Assembly (NCBI GenBank): GCA_043756405.1
Contig: JAYURC010000123.1
Span: forward strand, 3,836 to 67,835
DNA from: Polaromonas sp.
GTDB taxonomy: Bacteria > Pseudomonadota > Gammaproteobacteria > Burkholderiales > Burkholderiaceae_C
DNA: 64,000 nucleotides
Direction: 5' to 3'
Position numbers and translations under genes: made by a program. The notes under the pieces are model-generated. The model saw only the letters and a program-made list of their open reading frames with translations, was not told where the DNA came from and did no database searches. Each line of letters starts with the position of its first letter. The stretch's first letter is position 1. Below, one piece after another: positions 10,058 through 19,431 of this stretch.

Positions 10058-10498
10058 ATGGCGACTGCAAAAACACCATCCCAAGCAGCAACTCCCGTAG
10101 TTGCTGCGCCTGAAAAGACTTTACCGAAAAGTGCGCCGGTAAAACCCCAACCGGCCAAAACTTCCCGATCAGTAAATGCGGGGGCAACTAAAACTGTGAC
10201 TGCGAAACCAGCACCCAAAAAAGCGCAGCCAACAACTACCCAAACTGTTGTTAAAACTGCTGCTAAAAAGCCTAAAAAAGCAAAATTGGTTCGCGACAGT
10301 TTCACTATTCCAAAACCTGAATACGTCGTTTTGGACTCGCTCAAACTGCGCGCCGCCAAGCTGGGTCGTTCAGTCAAAAAGAGCGAATTACTGCGGGCTG
10401 GCATCAAAGAATTGGCAGCCTTGGCTGATGCCGCGTTTTTGAGCTCGCTAGAAAAAGTCCCCGTCATTAAGACAGGACGTCCGACAACCGCCAAGTAG
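10058..10498 (+). CDS. Lys/Ala/Pro-rich (histone-H1-like) protein with ribbon-helix-helix-like C-terminal domain
   Basis: 146 aa. Residues ~1-75 are low-complexity A/K/P/T (…KPAPKKAQP…TAAKKPKKAK…). The C-terminal ~60 aa (DSFTIPKPEYVVLDSLKLRAAKLGRSVKKSELLRAGIKELAAL) fit a strand-helix-helix pattern. It has a good ribbon-binding site and promoter. Confidence 0.6.
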   Translation: MATAKTPSQAATPVVAAPEKTLPKSAPVKPQPAKTSRSVNAGATKTVTAKPAPKKAQPTTTQTVVKTAAKKPKKAKLVRDSFTIPKPEYVVLDSLKLRAAKLGRSVKKSELLRAGIKELAALADAAFLSSLEKVPVIKTGRPTTAK

Positions 10499-10501
10499 CC
10501 G

Positions 10502-10975
10502 CTACATCACCTCTGGTGATTGCACGGTCACGACGACTGTCTGGCTGTGTCCATCACGCTCACGGTTACGCAACCACCAGAGGGCGCCTTTTTTAACGGA
10601 GCATTCGCTTTCTTTTAATACCAAAAGTTGAGCAATGATTTGTCCCAACGTTGGCTGGTGGCCGATGACTAAAACTGGGTACTTGTTGTTTGGCCACTGG
10701 ACCAGTTCCAGCAACTGAGCCGGGGTGGCGTCCGGTGCAATTTCTGCACGAACTTTATATTTACGCCCCAAGGCCAAGGCCGTTTGCTCGCAGCGCCTTG
10801 CCGGGCTGACCAAAATGCGTGCACCTTCGGGCAGTTGTCTGTCCAGCCATGCGGCCATACGGGCGGCCTGTTTTTCACCACGCTGAGTCAGTGAGCGGTC
10901 CAGATCAAGCCCCGACACCCCGTCGTTAAAAATCCAGTCCTCAGCCTCTGCATGACGCCACAATATCAAGTCCAT
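10502..10975 (-). CDS. sixA: Phosphohistidine phosphatase SixA (histidine phosphatase superfamily)
   Basis: 157 aa with the N-terminal RHAEA catalytic motif (LILWRHAEAED) and GHQP near the C-terminus. It lies 19 bp downstream of ppk. Confidence 0.8.
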   Translation of the reverse strand: MDLILWRHAEAEDWIFNDGVSGLDLDRSLTQRGEKQAARMAAWLDRQLPEGARILVSPARRCEQTALALGRKYKVRAEIAPDATPAQLLELVQWPNNKYPVLVIGHQPTLGQIIAQLLVLKESECSVKKGALWWLRNRERDGHSQTVVVTVQSPEVM

Positions 10976-10994
10976 GGTCGGCTCTTCTGCTGTT

Positions 10995-13073
10995 TTACTT
11001 TTTATGCTTGGCTGTGGCGGCGTAACGCCTCATCAGCGCAGCCTGGGCGCCGTTACCAGCGTCGCCATTGATCCGCCTGTAGCTGCCGTTTGATTGCAGT
11101 TCCCATGCATCGACTTCGTCGTGTAGATATGGCACAAGGCATTCATCAACAATGCGTTGTCTGATCAAAGGGTCGGTAACAGGCCAGGCCAGTTCAATAC
11201 GGCGCAGCATGTTGCGATTCATCCAGTCGGCACTTGATAGAAGCAAGGTTTCTTCGTCGCCGTTTCGAAAATAAAACACCCTTGAATGCTCAAGAAAACG
11301 GCCAATCACTGATCGCACACGAATGTTGTCGGTGACGCCGGGCACCTGAGCGGGCAGCATGCAGGCACCGCGAACGATCAGGTCAATCTTGACGCCTCGC
11401 TGTCCCGCTCTGACAAGTGCAAGCATTAACGCTTCGTCAGTCAGCGCGTTCATTTTGGCGACGATGCGCGTGTCCTTTCCTTTGGCTACCGCGTCGCCTA
11501 ACGCATCAATTTTCTCAATCAATTTACGTTGTAGGTGGAACGGGGCCAACAACAGATGATGCAGCTTGGGCAAGCGACTCTGGCTGGCCAGGTGAACAAA
11601 AACGCTGTCCATGTCTGCTGTCAGCAAGGGCTCGGCTGTCAGGTAGCTGATGTCGGTGTACAGCTTGGCGGTTCGAGGGTTGTAATTGCCGGTTGACAAA
11701 TGCCCGTAGCGCACCAAGTTGCGGCCTTCACGCCGGGTGACAAGCAACATCTTGGCGTGGGTTTTCAGCCCCACCACACCGTACAGCACCTGGGCGCCCA
11801 CGGACTCCAGCATTTCAGCCCAGTTGATGTTGGCTTCCTCGTCAAATCGAGCCTTCAGCTCAACCACCACTGTCACCTCTTTGCCGCGCCTCACGGCTTC
11901 ACGCAGCAACTGCATCAGCTCTGAATCTGCGCCCGTGCGGTAAATGGTTTGCTTGATGGCCAAAACCGACGGATCGTTAACGGCCTCCCGCAAGAAAGCT
12001 AAAACACCTTCAAAACTTTCAAAAGGCTGATGAATCGACACGTCACCTTGTTTAAGACGCTCAAAAAACGACTGGCCTGAAACCAACTGCGCTGGGTAGC
12101 CCGCGTTGTAAGTTGGAAACAACAATTTCGGGTCGTTGACCAAATCCACGATTTGCGTCAACCGAGACAAATTGACCGGGCCGTGTACGCGATACAAGGC
12201 AAGCTCAGGCAAGTCAAACTGCTTGAGAAGAAAACCAGACAGATATTCGGAGCAGCCCGCTGACACCTCAAGCCGCACCGCCTGACCGTAATGACGCTGC
12301 TCTAACCCCTGGCGAAGCGCGGTACGCAGGTTCTGAACATCGTCTTCGTCAACGGCGAGGTCTGAGTGGCGCGTCACCCGAAACTGCGAGAACTGCTCCA
12401 TCACCCGTCCTGGGAACAGTTCTGCCAAGTGCGCTCTGATAACACTTGAAAGTGATACGAACAGCCTGCCTTTGTTGCTGCCCCGTGCAGGCATGTGGGT
12501 GAAGCGCGGCAGTACCCGCGGGACTTTCACAATGGCAATGTCGTTCTCACGCCCAAACGCATCGTGCCCGCTCAAACGAACAATAAAGTTAAGTGATTTA
12601 TTGGCCACCTGCGGAAAAGGATGCGACGGGTCCAAGCCAACCGGTATCAGCAACGGCCGCACTTCACGCTCAAAGTAGGCTTTGACCCAACGGCGCTGCT
12701 CGGCATTTCGTTCGCCGTGCGAGACGATGCGAATTCCCTGACGCCCGAATTCTGGCAGCAAATCGTCGTTGTAAAGTGAATACTGGCGCGCCACCAGATC
12801 ATGAGCAACCTCTGACAGTGCCCTGAACGACTCTGCCGTGTAGAGACCTTTGTTGTCATTGGCGATTGCTGCCGTCAAATGCGGCTCAGCGCGCACTTCA
12901 AAAAATTCATCCAGGTTGGATGAGACGATACACAAATATCGCAGCCGCTCTAACAGCGGTACATCAGACCTTTTGGCCCAGTCCAGTACGCGCTCATTAA
13001 ATGCCAGGATGCTGTGATCGCGATCCAAAAACTGAAAGGGTTTGACGGAAGTTAAAGCGTTTAAATTGATCAA
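10995..13073 (-). CDS. ppk: Polyphosphate kinase 1
   Basis: 692 aa with PPK1 hallmarks (FLDRDHSILAFNERVL, SNLDEFFEVR, two PLD-like HxK regions including GLKTHAKM). Confidence 0.95.
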   Translation of the reverse strand: MINLNALTSVKPFQFLDRDHSILAFNERVLDWAKRSDVPLLERLRYLCIVSSNLDEFFEVRAEPHLTAAIANDNKGLYTAESFRALSEVAHDLVARQYSLYNDDLLPEFGRQGIRIVSHGERNAEQRRWVKAYFEREVRPLLIPVGLDPSHPFPQVANKSLNFIVRLSGHDAFGRENDIAIVKVPRVLPRFTHMPARGSNKGRLFVSLSSVIRAHLAELFPGRVMEQFSQFRVTRHSDLAVDEDDVQNLRTALRQGLEQRHYGQAVRLEVSAGCSEYLSGFLLKQFDLPELALYRVHGPVNLSRLTQIVDLVNDPKLLFPTYNAGYPAQLVSGQSFFERLKQGDVSIHQPFESFEGVLAFLREAVNDPSVLAIKQTIYRTGADSELMQLLREAVRRGKEVTVVVELKARFDEEANINWAEMLESVGAQVLYGVVGLKTHAKMLLVTRREGRNLVRYGHLSTGNYNPRTAKLYTDISYLTAEPLLTADMDSVFVHLASQSRLPKLHHLLLAPFHLQRKLIEKIDALGDAVAKGKDTRIVAKMNALTDEALMLALVRAGQRGVKIDLIVRGACMLPAQVPGVTDNIRVRSVIGRFLEHSRVFYFRNGDEETLLLSSADWMNRNMLRRIELAWPVTDPLIRQRIVDECLVPYLHDEVDAWELQSNGSYRRINGDAGNGAQAALMRRYAATAKHKK

Positions 13074-13139
13074 GAACCAGACAACGGGTTAGACCGCTGT
13101 TATCCAAAGTGAACAAATAAGATACATGCAAAAAAGATT

Positions 13140-14276
13140 CTATGACAGCGGTGCAGAAGGATTTTTGGCCAAATTGACAGGGGCCAGGTTTGCTTTCACG
13201 CTCTCGGCATTTTTCACCGCCCGATCGGGGTGTGCAAACACCAGAAAACTGTCAAACAAGCGGGTAGCGTGCGCCCAACCGAAATCTAGCGCACGTAAAC
13301 GAGCCTCGTGGCGGGGCACGGCAAGCGCCTGGTAACAAGCCGTTTGCAAGTCAGCATGCATAACGCCGCCGTGATGCTGTCCGTTATCTGTGCCCCCTGC
13401 CTTGCACAACACCTCCAGCGGGCCATCGACTGGGTAAGCTGCAACCGGCGTGCCAGTGGCCATTGCCTCCAGCATCACCAGGCCAAAGGTTTCCGACCGG
13501 CTGGGAAACACAAACACATCGGCTGCGGCATACACCTTGGCCAACTGTTGCCTGGGGAGTATGCCCATCCAACGCACGTGCGGGTAACGTTGCTTCAAGC
13601 TCGCTTCGAGTGGCCCGACACCACAGACGACTTTCGTGCCAGGAATATCGAGGCTTAAAAAAGCGTCGATGTTTTTTTCATAAGAGACGCGACCGACAAA
13701 TAGCGAAATGGGCCGCAGCAGCGTGCCCATGGGCGGATTCATTACCGGTAACAAGCGAGGTTGCGGCTGGTAAACAAACAGTTCAGTGTCCACGCCATGT
13801 GTCCAGCTGCGCAGATTTTGAAAACCACGTTGTTCCAGCATGCGCAGCACACCTTGTGTCGGCACCATCACCCCAGACGATGGTTTGTGAAAGTACCTGA
13901 ACAGCGCATAACCCCATGACAACGGAACCCTTAAGGCGGCGTGCAATATTTCAGGAAATTTTGTGTGAAATGCGGTGGTAAACCTCAAACCACGCTTGCG
14001 GCAATAACCGCGCGTCGCCCAGCCCAACGGCCCTTCAGTAGCAATGTGAATCGCCTCGGGTGCAAAGGTATCGAGCTTTTCGGTCAGCACGCGCTTGGGA
14101 GAAACAGCCAGGTCAATGCCGGCATAGCCGGGACAAGGCCGGGTTTTAAACAGGCCGGGGTGAATGACTTCAATCGTGTGGCCAAGTGCCTGCAGCTCAC
14201 GAACCAGCTCGACCAGTGTGGTCACTACGCCGTTGACCTGTGGTTGCCAGGCGTCAGTAATCAGTGCAATTCTCAT
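13140..14276 (-). CDS. GT4-family glycosyltransferase (Agt-like candidate glycolipid synthase)
   Basis: 378 aa with N-terminal MRIALITDAWQPQVNGVV and a C-terminal GT1/GT4 motif (FVFPSRSETFGLVMLEAMATGTPV). It lies 13 bp downstream of the PlcP-like gene. Confidence 0.75.
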   Translation of the reverse strand: MRIALITDAWQPQVNGVVTTLVELVRELQALGHTIEVIHPGLFKTRPCPGYAGIDLAVSPKRVLTEKLDTFAPEAIHIATEGPLGWATRGYCRKRGLRFTTAFHTKFPEILHAALRVPLSWGYALFRYFHKPSSGVMVPTQGVLRMLEQRGFQNLRSWTHGVDTELFVYQPQPRLLPVMNPPMGTLLRPISLFVGRVSYEKNIDAFLSLDIPGTKVVCGVGPLEASLKQRYPHVRWMGILPRQQLAKVYAAADVFVFPSRSETFGLVMLEAMATGTPVAAYPVDGPLEVLCKAGGTDNGQHHGGVMHADLQTACYQALAVPRHEARLRALDFGWAHATRLFDSFLVFAHPDRAVKNAESVKANLAPVNLAKNPSAPLS

Positions 14277-14289
14277 ATTCGCTGTTCCA

Positions 14290-15162
14290 TCAGGCAGTCA
14301 AGGGCTGGCCAATATGTGTCCTGCTTTGTGTATCGTGTGCGGGTGCCCAGTGCAGTAACTCCAGCACACCGTCAAAATGTTCAACCAGCGCGGTGCGGCT
14401 TTCTACCCAGTCGCCATCGTTGCAGTACAGCACACCGTTGATGTCACGCATTTCAGCGCGGTGAATGTGCCCGCACACAACGCCCTGGTGGCCCCGGTTG
14501 CGCGCTTCGTTGGCCACCGCCTCTTCAAAATCGGTCACGTAATTCAAAGCACTTTTGACTTTTTGCTTCAAGTAAGCAGACAACGACCAGTACGGTAACC
14601 CCAGACGGGCGCGCAAGCTGTTCAGGTAGCGATTGAGCTTGAGCGTGAACTCATACAAGTTGTCACCCACAATCGCCAGCCAGCGGGCGCACTGCACCAC
14701 GGCATCAAAGTAGTCACCATGGATGACCCACAACTGGCGCCCGTCGGCAGTTATATGCACGGCTTCTTCCATCACCTCAATGTCGCCGAAGCGATGGCCA
14801 ATAAACTCGCGCGCAAACTCGTCGTGGTTGCCGGGTATAAAAACCACACGGCAGCCCTTGCGCGCTCGCTTGAGGAGTTTTTGCACCACATCGTTGTGGG
14901 CTTGTGGCCAATACCACTTGCGGCGCAGTTGCCAGCCGTCAATGATGTCACCCACGAGGTACAGATTGTCGCTGGGGTGCGCTTTTAAAAAGTCTAGGAG
15001 TGCATGCGCCTGGCAGCCGGGCGTACCCAAATGCAGGTCAGAAATAAAAATGGTGCGGTAACGTTTGCACTGCGATTCATCGTCCAGGTTCTGCTGTGGC
15101 TGGTCATCCGCTCCAGATATATTGCCCATCGAACCCAAAGCGTCAAACATCGTGCGCATCAC
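14290..15162 (-). CDS. LpxH-related metallophosphoesterase, PlcP-like (candidate phospholipase C)
   Basis: Calcineurin-like motifs ISDLHLG, GDIIDGW, GNHDEF and GHIH, plus the WYWPQAHNDVVQKLL segment I associate with the PlcP branch rather than true LpxH. It overlaps the upstream gene by 4 bp. Confidence 0.7.
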   Translation of the reverse strand: MMRTMFDALGSMGNISGADDQPQQNLDDESQCKRYRTIFISDLHLGTPGCQAHALLDFLKAHPSDNLYLVGDIIDGWQLRRKWYWPQAHNDVVQKLLKRARKGCRVVFIPGNHDEFAREFIGHRFGDIEVMEEAVHITADGRQLWVIHGDYFDAVVQCARWLAIVGDNLYEFTLKLNRYLNSLRARLGLPYWSLSAYLKQKVKSALNYVTDFEEAVANEARNRGHQGVVCGHIHRAEMRDINGVLYCNDGDWVESRTALVEHFDGVLELLHWAPAHDTQSRTHIGQPLTA

Positions 15163-16019
15163 ACGGCTGCAGGTTTTGCCGTGAAATGCTTTAAAAAGCG
15201 CGGCGGCAGATCGCCAATGCGCATCATCATCGGCAAATCGGCTGAATTGAAGTCAGGGTCCCAAGCTGGCGCACCCAGCACCTTTGCCCCTAGGCGCAAG
15301 TAACCGCGAATCAGTGCGGGTGGCTCGATGTTTAAAGAATCATCAAGCCTGTCTACCGGCAACGCCAGGCGCGGCGTGACGTGGTACTCAATGGGTGCCA
15401 GGTGCGTTTGCTTGACTTGCCGCCAAATGCTGGCGGCTGCCTGCCCACTGCTGGTGCCGCCAGTTTGCATCGGAATGCTGGCGCAACCAATCATGGTGTC
15501 CAACTGGTTGCGCGCCATGAATTCGGCCAGTGCGCTCCAGAGCGCCAGAATCACGCCGCCAGAGCGGTGGTCTGCATGCACACAACTGCGGCCCAACTCA
15601 ACCATTCGCTCACGCAGGCTGCGCAGGCGTGTCAGGTCAAATTCAGTATCGCTGTAAGTGCTGCCAGCGCGCTTGGCTTGTGTTGGCGTCAGTACGCGGT
15701 AGGTGCCAATCACTTCCCCACTGACTTCGTCGCGAACCAGCAAATGCTCACAATAATCGTCAAACAGGTCAATGTCGTGGCCAGGCAGGGTGTTGGGCAG
15801 CGAAGCACCCATTTCAACCGCAAAAACCTGATACCTTAAACGCTGCGCCGCCCGAACCTCGTCCTGATGCCGGGCCCAGCTGACGGAGATTTTCCCCACG
15901 GCAGGCCTTTGAACAACATCGGAAATGACAGTTTGACCGCTTGGACAAAGTGACCCCCGAATAACTTGTGGCATGGCCACCGGTGACAAGGCGAAAGTGG
16001 GATTTGGCAGTTCTTTCAT
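15159..16019 (-). CDS. OlsB-like GNAT N-acyltransferase (aminolipid N-acyl amino acid synthase)
   Basis: 286 aa. The segments AAQRLRYQVFAVEMGA…DLFDDYCEHLLV…GTYRVL…SDTEFDL…ELGRSCVHADHR match the ornithine/glutamine-lipid OlsB family pattern. An AGGAG ribosome-binding site lies 5 nt before the ATG. Confidence 0.75.
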   Translation of the reverse strand: MKELPNPTFALSPVAMPQVIRGSLCPSGQTVISDVVQRPAVGKISVSWARHQDEVRAAQRLRYQVFAVEMGASLPNTLPGHDIDLFDDYCEHLLVRDEVSGEVIGTYRVLTPTQAKRAGSTYSDTEFDLTRLRSLRERMVELGRSCVHADHRSGGVILALWSALAEFMARNQLDTMIGCASIPMQTGGTSSGQAAASIWRQVKQTHLAPIEYHVTPRLALPVDRLDDSLNIEPPALIRGYLRLGAKVLGAPAWDPDFNSADLPMMMRIGDLPPRFLKHFTAKPAAV

Positions 16020-16073
16020 GGCAGCTCCTGGCGTTTGTAGTTAGCTATTGAGTCAGTCGGCAAAATTTGCTGT

Positions 16074-16097
16074 AAAAAAAGCCCTGGGGTCGGGGCT
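16074..16097 (-). terminator. Terminator-like hairpin upstream of the olsB-like gene
   Basis: The minus strand reads AGCCC-cgacccca-GGGCT followed by a T run (A74-A80 on the plus strand). It lies 55 nt upstream of the olsB-like ATG. Confidence 0.4.
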
Positions 16098-16298
16098 GCT
16101 TGAGAAAGGTCACTTGATGGTCATTGGATAAACGGGCTGCATGCTGTGGAGCCCTTCGAGCCAGGGCCTGGCTCCGGGCTTGAATCGCAACCCGCCCGGG
16201 CTATTGGCTAACGACAAGGCGGTGCAACGCAAGATGCGAAGACATTGCTGGTTAAAGGTACTGACCACGGCGGGGATTGTGTTTTCTCTCATGACCAA

Positions 16299-16354
16299 AT
16301 TATGGGCACTTGAGGTGACACGCTTGTGTCAGTTGCGTTGCAGTTATGTGACAG
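16299..16354 (-). promoter_or_regulatory. Tandem Pho boxes plus -10 hexamer
   Basis: The minus strand reads CTGTCAC-ATAA-CTGCAAC-GCAA-CTGACAC-AAGC-GTGTCAC (16354-16315), four 7-mers in 11-bp phase. Exactly 10 nt later comes CATAAT (16304-16299). Confidence 0.6.
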
Positions 16355-16391
16355 GACAGAGGCTTGCTTGCCTGTCTGCAGGGCTGCTGAG

Positions 16392-16441
16392 TGCTATAAA
16401 TTAAGGAGCAGTGCGCACAACAATATGTTGAGCTGGAGACC
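16392..16441. repeat. Dispersed ~50-bp intergenic repeat, copy B
   Basis: TGCTATAAATTAAGGAGCAGTGCGCACAACAATATGTTGAGCTGGAGACC aligns by hand with copies at 38701, 51963 and (partially) 44296-44346. It shares the GCTAT-AT-rich-AGGAGC and GCGC…GCT(A/G)(C/G)AG(G/A)C modules. Confidence 0.6.
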
Positions 16442-16476
16442 AAAAATGTATATGAAAAAGCCTGTTTAGGACTTTC

Positions 16477-17280
16477 TCAAGCCCGTTTTGATGCCCAAAT
16501 CCACATCCAGACGCCGCCCAGCATCATCGGCACGCACAGCCATTGGCCCATGCTCATGCCCAACTGCAAGATACCGAGGTGCGCGTCGGGTTCGCGGAAA
16601 AATTCGGCAATAAACCGGAACACGCCATAGCCGAATAAAAACGCGCCGGAGACTTGACCCATTTTTCGCGGTTTGCGGGCGTACAGCCATAACAAGATGA
16701 ACAGCAGCAAGCCTTCCAGCAAAAACTGATAAATTTGTGAAGGGTGGCGCGGCAATGGGCCACCGTCTCTGAACAGCATGCCCCACGGTAGCGACGGGTC
16801 AGCCACCCGGCCCCACAGCTCGCCATTGATGAAGTTCCCTGCGCGGCCTGCCGCCAGCCCGGTAGGCACACAGGGCGCAATAAAGTCCATCACCTGCAGC
16901 CACGGCCGCTGGCGCGTACGGGCAAACCACCACTGCGACACCAGCACGCCAATCAAACCGCCATGAAAACTCATGCCCCCTTGCCAGATGTAAAAAATTT
17001 CCAGGGGGTGACTGGCGTAGTAAGCGGGTTTGTAAAACAGGCAGTAGCCTATGCGCCCACCAATAATCACACCCATCACGCCCAAAAACAAAATATCTTC
17101 AATGTCCCGCTTGCGCCACGCACCGGCGCCCTGGATGGATGCAAAGGGCTGATGCTTCAGTCGCAGCGTGGCCAGAAAGAAAAACAAGCCGAACGCGGCA
17201 AGATATGTCAGGCCATACCAATGAATGGCCAGGGGGCCAAGTTGCAGGGCAACGGGATGAATTTCTGGATGGATAAGCAT
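16477..17280 (-). CDS. lgt: Prolipoprotein diacylglyceryl transferase
   Basis: Lgt motifs are present ([24 protein letters not shown], [13 protein letters not shown]). The ATG at 17280 is preferred over the longer ORF start at 17322. Confidence 0.9.
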   Translation of the reverse strand: MLIHPEIHPVALQLGPLAIHWYGLTYLAAFGLFFFLATLRLKHQPFASIQGAGAWRKRDIEDILFLGVMGVIIGGRIGYCLFYKPAYYASHPLEIFYIWQGGMSFHGGLIGVLVSQWWFARTRQRPWLQVMDFIAPCVPTGLAAGRAGNFINGELWGRVADPSLPWGMLFRDGGPLPRHPSQIYQFLLEGLLLFILLWLYARKPRKMGQVSGAFLFGYGVFRFIAEFFREPDAHLGILQLGMSMGQWLCVPMMLGGVWMWIWASKRA

Positions 17281-17348
17281 GGCGACATTTTGCACGCATC
17301 GTGGTTGAACAAATACAATCAAATTTGAACAAACTCACGAGATACGCC

Positions 17349-19043
17349 ATGGACATCAAAACAATCACTTTGAACCCCCGCAGCAAAAACATCACCGAAG
17401 GTAAATCACGCGCGCCCAACCGCTCGATGTATTACGCCATGGGTTACGAGACGGCTGACTTTAAAAAGCCGATGATTGGTGTGGCCAACGGGCACAGCAC
17501 CATCACGCCGTGCAACAGCGGCCTGCAAAAGCTGGCAGATGCCGCGATTGCCGCGATTGAGGCTGCGGGCGGCAATGCGCAAGTGTTTGGCACGCCGACC
17601 ATTTCAGACGGCATGGCCATGGGTACGGAGGGCATGAAATATTCGCTGGTGTCGCGAGAAGTCATCAGCGACTGCATTGAAACCTGCGTGCAAGGCCAGT
17701 GGATGGACGGCGTGCTGGTGGTCGGTGGTTGCGACAAAAATATGCCCGGCGGCCTGATGGGCATGCTACGCGCCAATGTGCCAGCGATTTATGTCTATGG
17801 CGGCACCATTTTGCCGGGTCATTACAAAGGCAAAGACCTGAATATTGTCAGCGTGTTTGAAGCGGTGGGAGAAAATTCAGCCGGACGCATGAGCGACGAA
17901 GACCTAGAGCAAATAGAACGCCGCGCCGTGCCGGGCACCGGCAGTTGCGGCGGCATGTACACCGCCAACACCATGTCCAGCTCGTTTGAAGCACTGGGCA
18001 TATCACTGCCGTATTCGAGCACCATGGCTAACCCACATGACGAAAAGATGAACTCGGCCGCTGAATCAGCACGCGTGTTGATTGAAGCGGTTAAAAAGGA
18101 CATCAAACCGCGCGACATCGTGACCAAAAAAGCCATTGAAAATGCTGTGGCAGTCATCATGGCTACCGGCGGCTCAACCAACGCCGTGCTGCACTTCTTA
18201 GCCATTGCCCACACCGCGGGCGTGGACTGGACGATTGATGATTTTGAGCGTATTCGTGTCAAGACGCCTGTGCTATGTGACTTGAAGCCATCAGGCAAAT
18301 ACCTGGCAGTTGACCTGCATAAGGCAGGCGGTATTCCGCAAGTTATGAAGACGCTGCTGGTTGCTGGTTTGCTGCATGGCGACTGCCTGACGATTAGCGG
18401 CCAGACCATCGCGGAAGTGTTGAAAGACATCCCTGACGTGCCGCGTGCCGACCAGGATGTTATTCGCGCGATTGATAAGCCGATTTACAAACAAGGCCAC
18501 CTCGCAATATTGAAAGGCAACTTGTCGCCTGAAGGCGCAGTTGCCAAAATTACCGGCTTGAAAAACCCCGTAATGACCGGCCCTGCGCGCGTTTTTGACG
18601 ACGAGCAATCTGGTCTGGCTGCCATTTTGGCTGGGAAAATCGTAGCTGGGGATGTGATGGTTCTGCGCTACCTCGGTCCCAAAGGTGGCCCAGGTATGCC
18701 AGAAATGCTGGCACCTACCGGCGCCCTGATTGGCACAGGTTTGGGTGAAAGTGTTGGCCTGATTACGGATGGCCGCTTTTCTGGCGGCACCTGGGGCATG
18801 GTGGTTGGCCACGTGGCCCCAGAAGCGGCAGCGGGCGGCAATATCGCGTTTATCCGCGAAGGCGATTTAATCACCATTGATGCAAAACAGCTGCTGCTTC
18901 AACTCAACATCAGCGACGACGAACTGGCTAAACGCAAAGTGGGCTGGGTTGCGCCAAAGCCGCGTTACACGCGCGGCGTACAGGCCAAATTTGCGTACAA
19001 CGCATCAAGCGCCAGCAAAGGTGCTGTGCTGGACGATTATTGA
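17349..19043 (+). CDS. ilvD: Dihydroxy-acid dehydratase
   Basis: IlvD/Edd family motifs are present ([45 protein letters not shown]). The start was chosen at MDIKT. Confidence 0.95.
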   Translation: MDIKTITLNPRSKNITEGKSRAPNRSMYYAMGYETADFKKPMIGVANGHSTITPCNSGLQKLADAAIAAIEAAGGNAQVFGTPTISDGMAMGTEGMKYSLVSREVISDCIETCVQGQWMDGVLVVGGCDKNMPGGLMGMLRANVPAIYVYGGTILPGHYKGKDLNIVSVFEAVGENSAGRMSDEDLEQIERRAVPGTGSCGGMYTANTMSSSFEALGISLPYSSTMANPHDEKMNSAAESARVLIEAVKKDIKPRDIVTKKAIENAVAVIMATGGSTNAVLHFLAIAHTAGVDWTIDDFERIRVKTPVLCDLKPSGKYLAVDLHKAGGIPQVMKTLLVAGLLHGDCLTISGQTIAEVLKDIPDVPRADQDVIRAIDKPIYKQGHLAILKGNLSPEGAVAKITGLKNPVMTGPARVFDDEQSGLAAILAGKIVAGDVMVLRYLGPKGGPGMPEMLAPTGALIGTGLGESVGLITDGRFSGGTWGMVVGHVAPEAAAGGNIAFIREGDLITIDAKQLLLQLNISDDELAKRKVGWVAPKPRYTRGVQAKFAYNASSASKGAVLDDY

Positions 19044-19044
19044 T

Positions 19045-19290
19045 TTACTTTTTACGCTTGGTGGGCAGCATGCCCATGTGAGCGCGCTGCTTTTCAAGTC
19101 GGTCTTGCTTGCGCTTGTCCATTTTGTCCATCTCCCTGCGTTTGGTATAGCCCGAGCTGTCTGCCCAGGCCCACCAAAGCACAGCCATGCCAAATGGCGA
19201 CAAAACGACCCACCATGACCATAGTGCAACAGGGCCAAAGGCCATGTATTTCATGATCAGTGCAGCAATGCCTAAAAGTAAAAAATACAT
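19045..19290 (-). CDS. Small Trp-rich membrane protein
   Basis: 81 aa with two hydrophobic segments rich in Trp (VALWSWWVVLSPFGMAVLWWAWAD) and a basic tail. It resembles the conserved betaproteobacterial 'small Trp-rich protein' family. Confidence 0.65.
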   Translation of the reverse strand: MYFLLLGIAALIMKYMAFGPVALWSWWVVLSPFGMAVLWWAWADSSGYTKRREMDKMDKRKQDRLEKQRAHMGMLPTKRKK

Positions 19291-19431
19291 GAGATTTCTG
19301 CTTTCAATGAATTCGTGTGGGATGTGTCGTAAGTAGGGTCAAACATGGGGACAGCGCTCGTCAACCCGACTCACTACAATCACGTTAAACCAATGTAACC
19401 CAACTTGTTACGCACTTACAAGGACAATCCC

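Noticed and set aside
13074-13139. Pho box directly upstream of ppk
   Set aside because: Only weak, poorly phased TGTTCAC/GATAACA-like half-sites are present, with no convincing 11-bp direct repeat plus -10 geometry. ppk may instead be read from the upstream Pho-box promoter.
16110-16298. 62-aa minus-strand ORF as a conventional CDS
   Set aside because: Its TTG start lies within the predicted -10 hexamer. The region is dominated by strong RNA hairpins and the peptide has no recognisable features. It is kept only as an alternative (leaderless, ATG 16292) interpretation within the Pho-box RNA finding.
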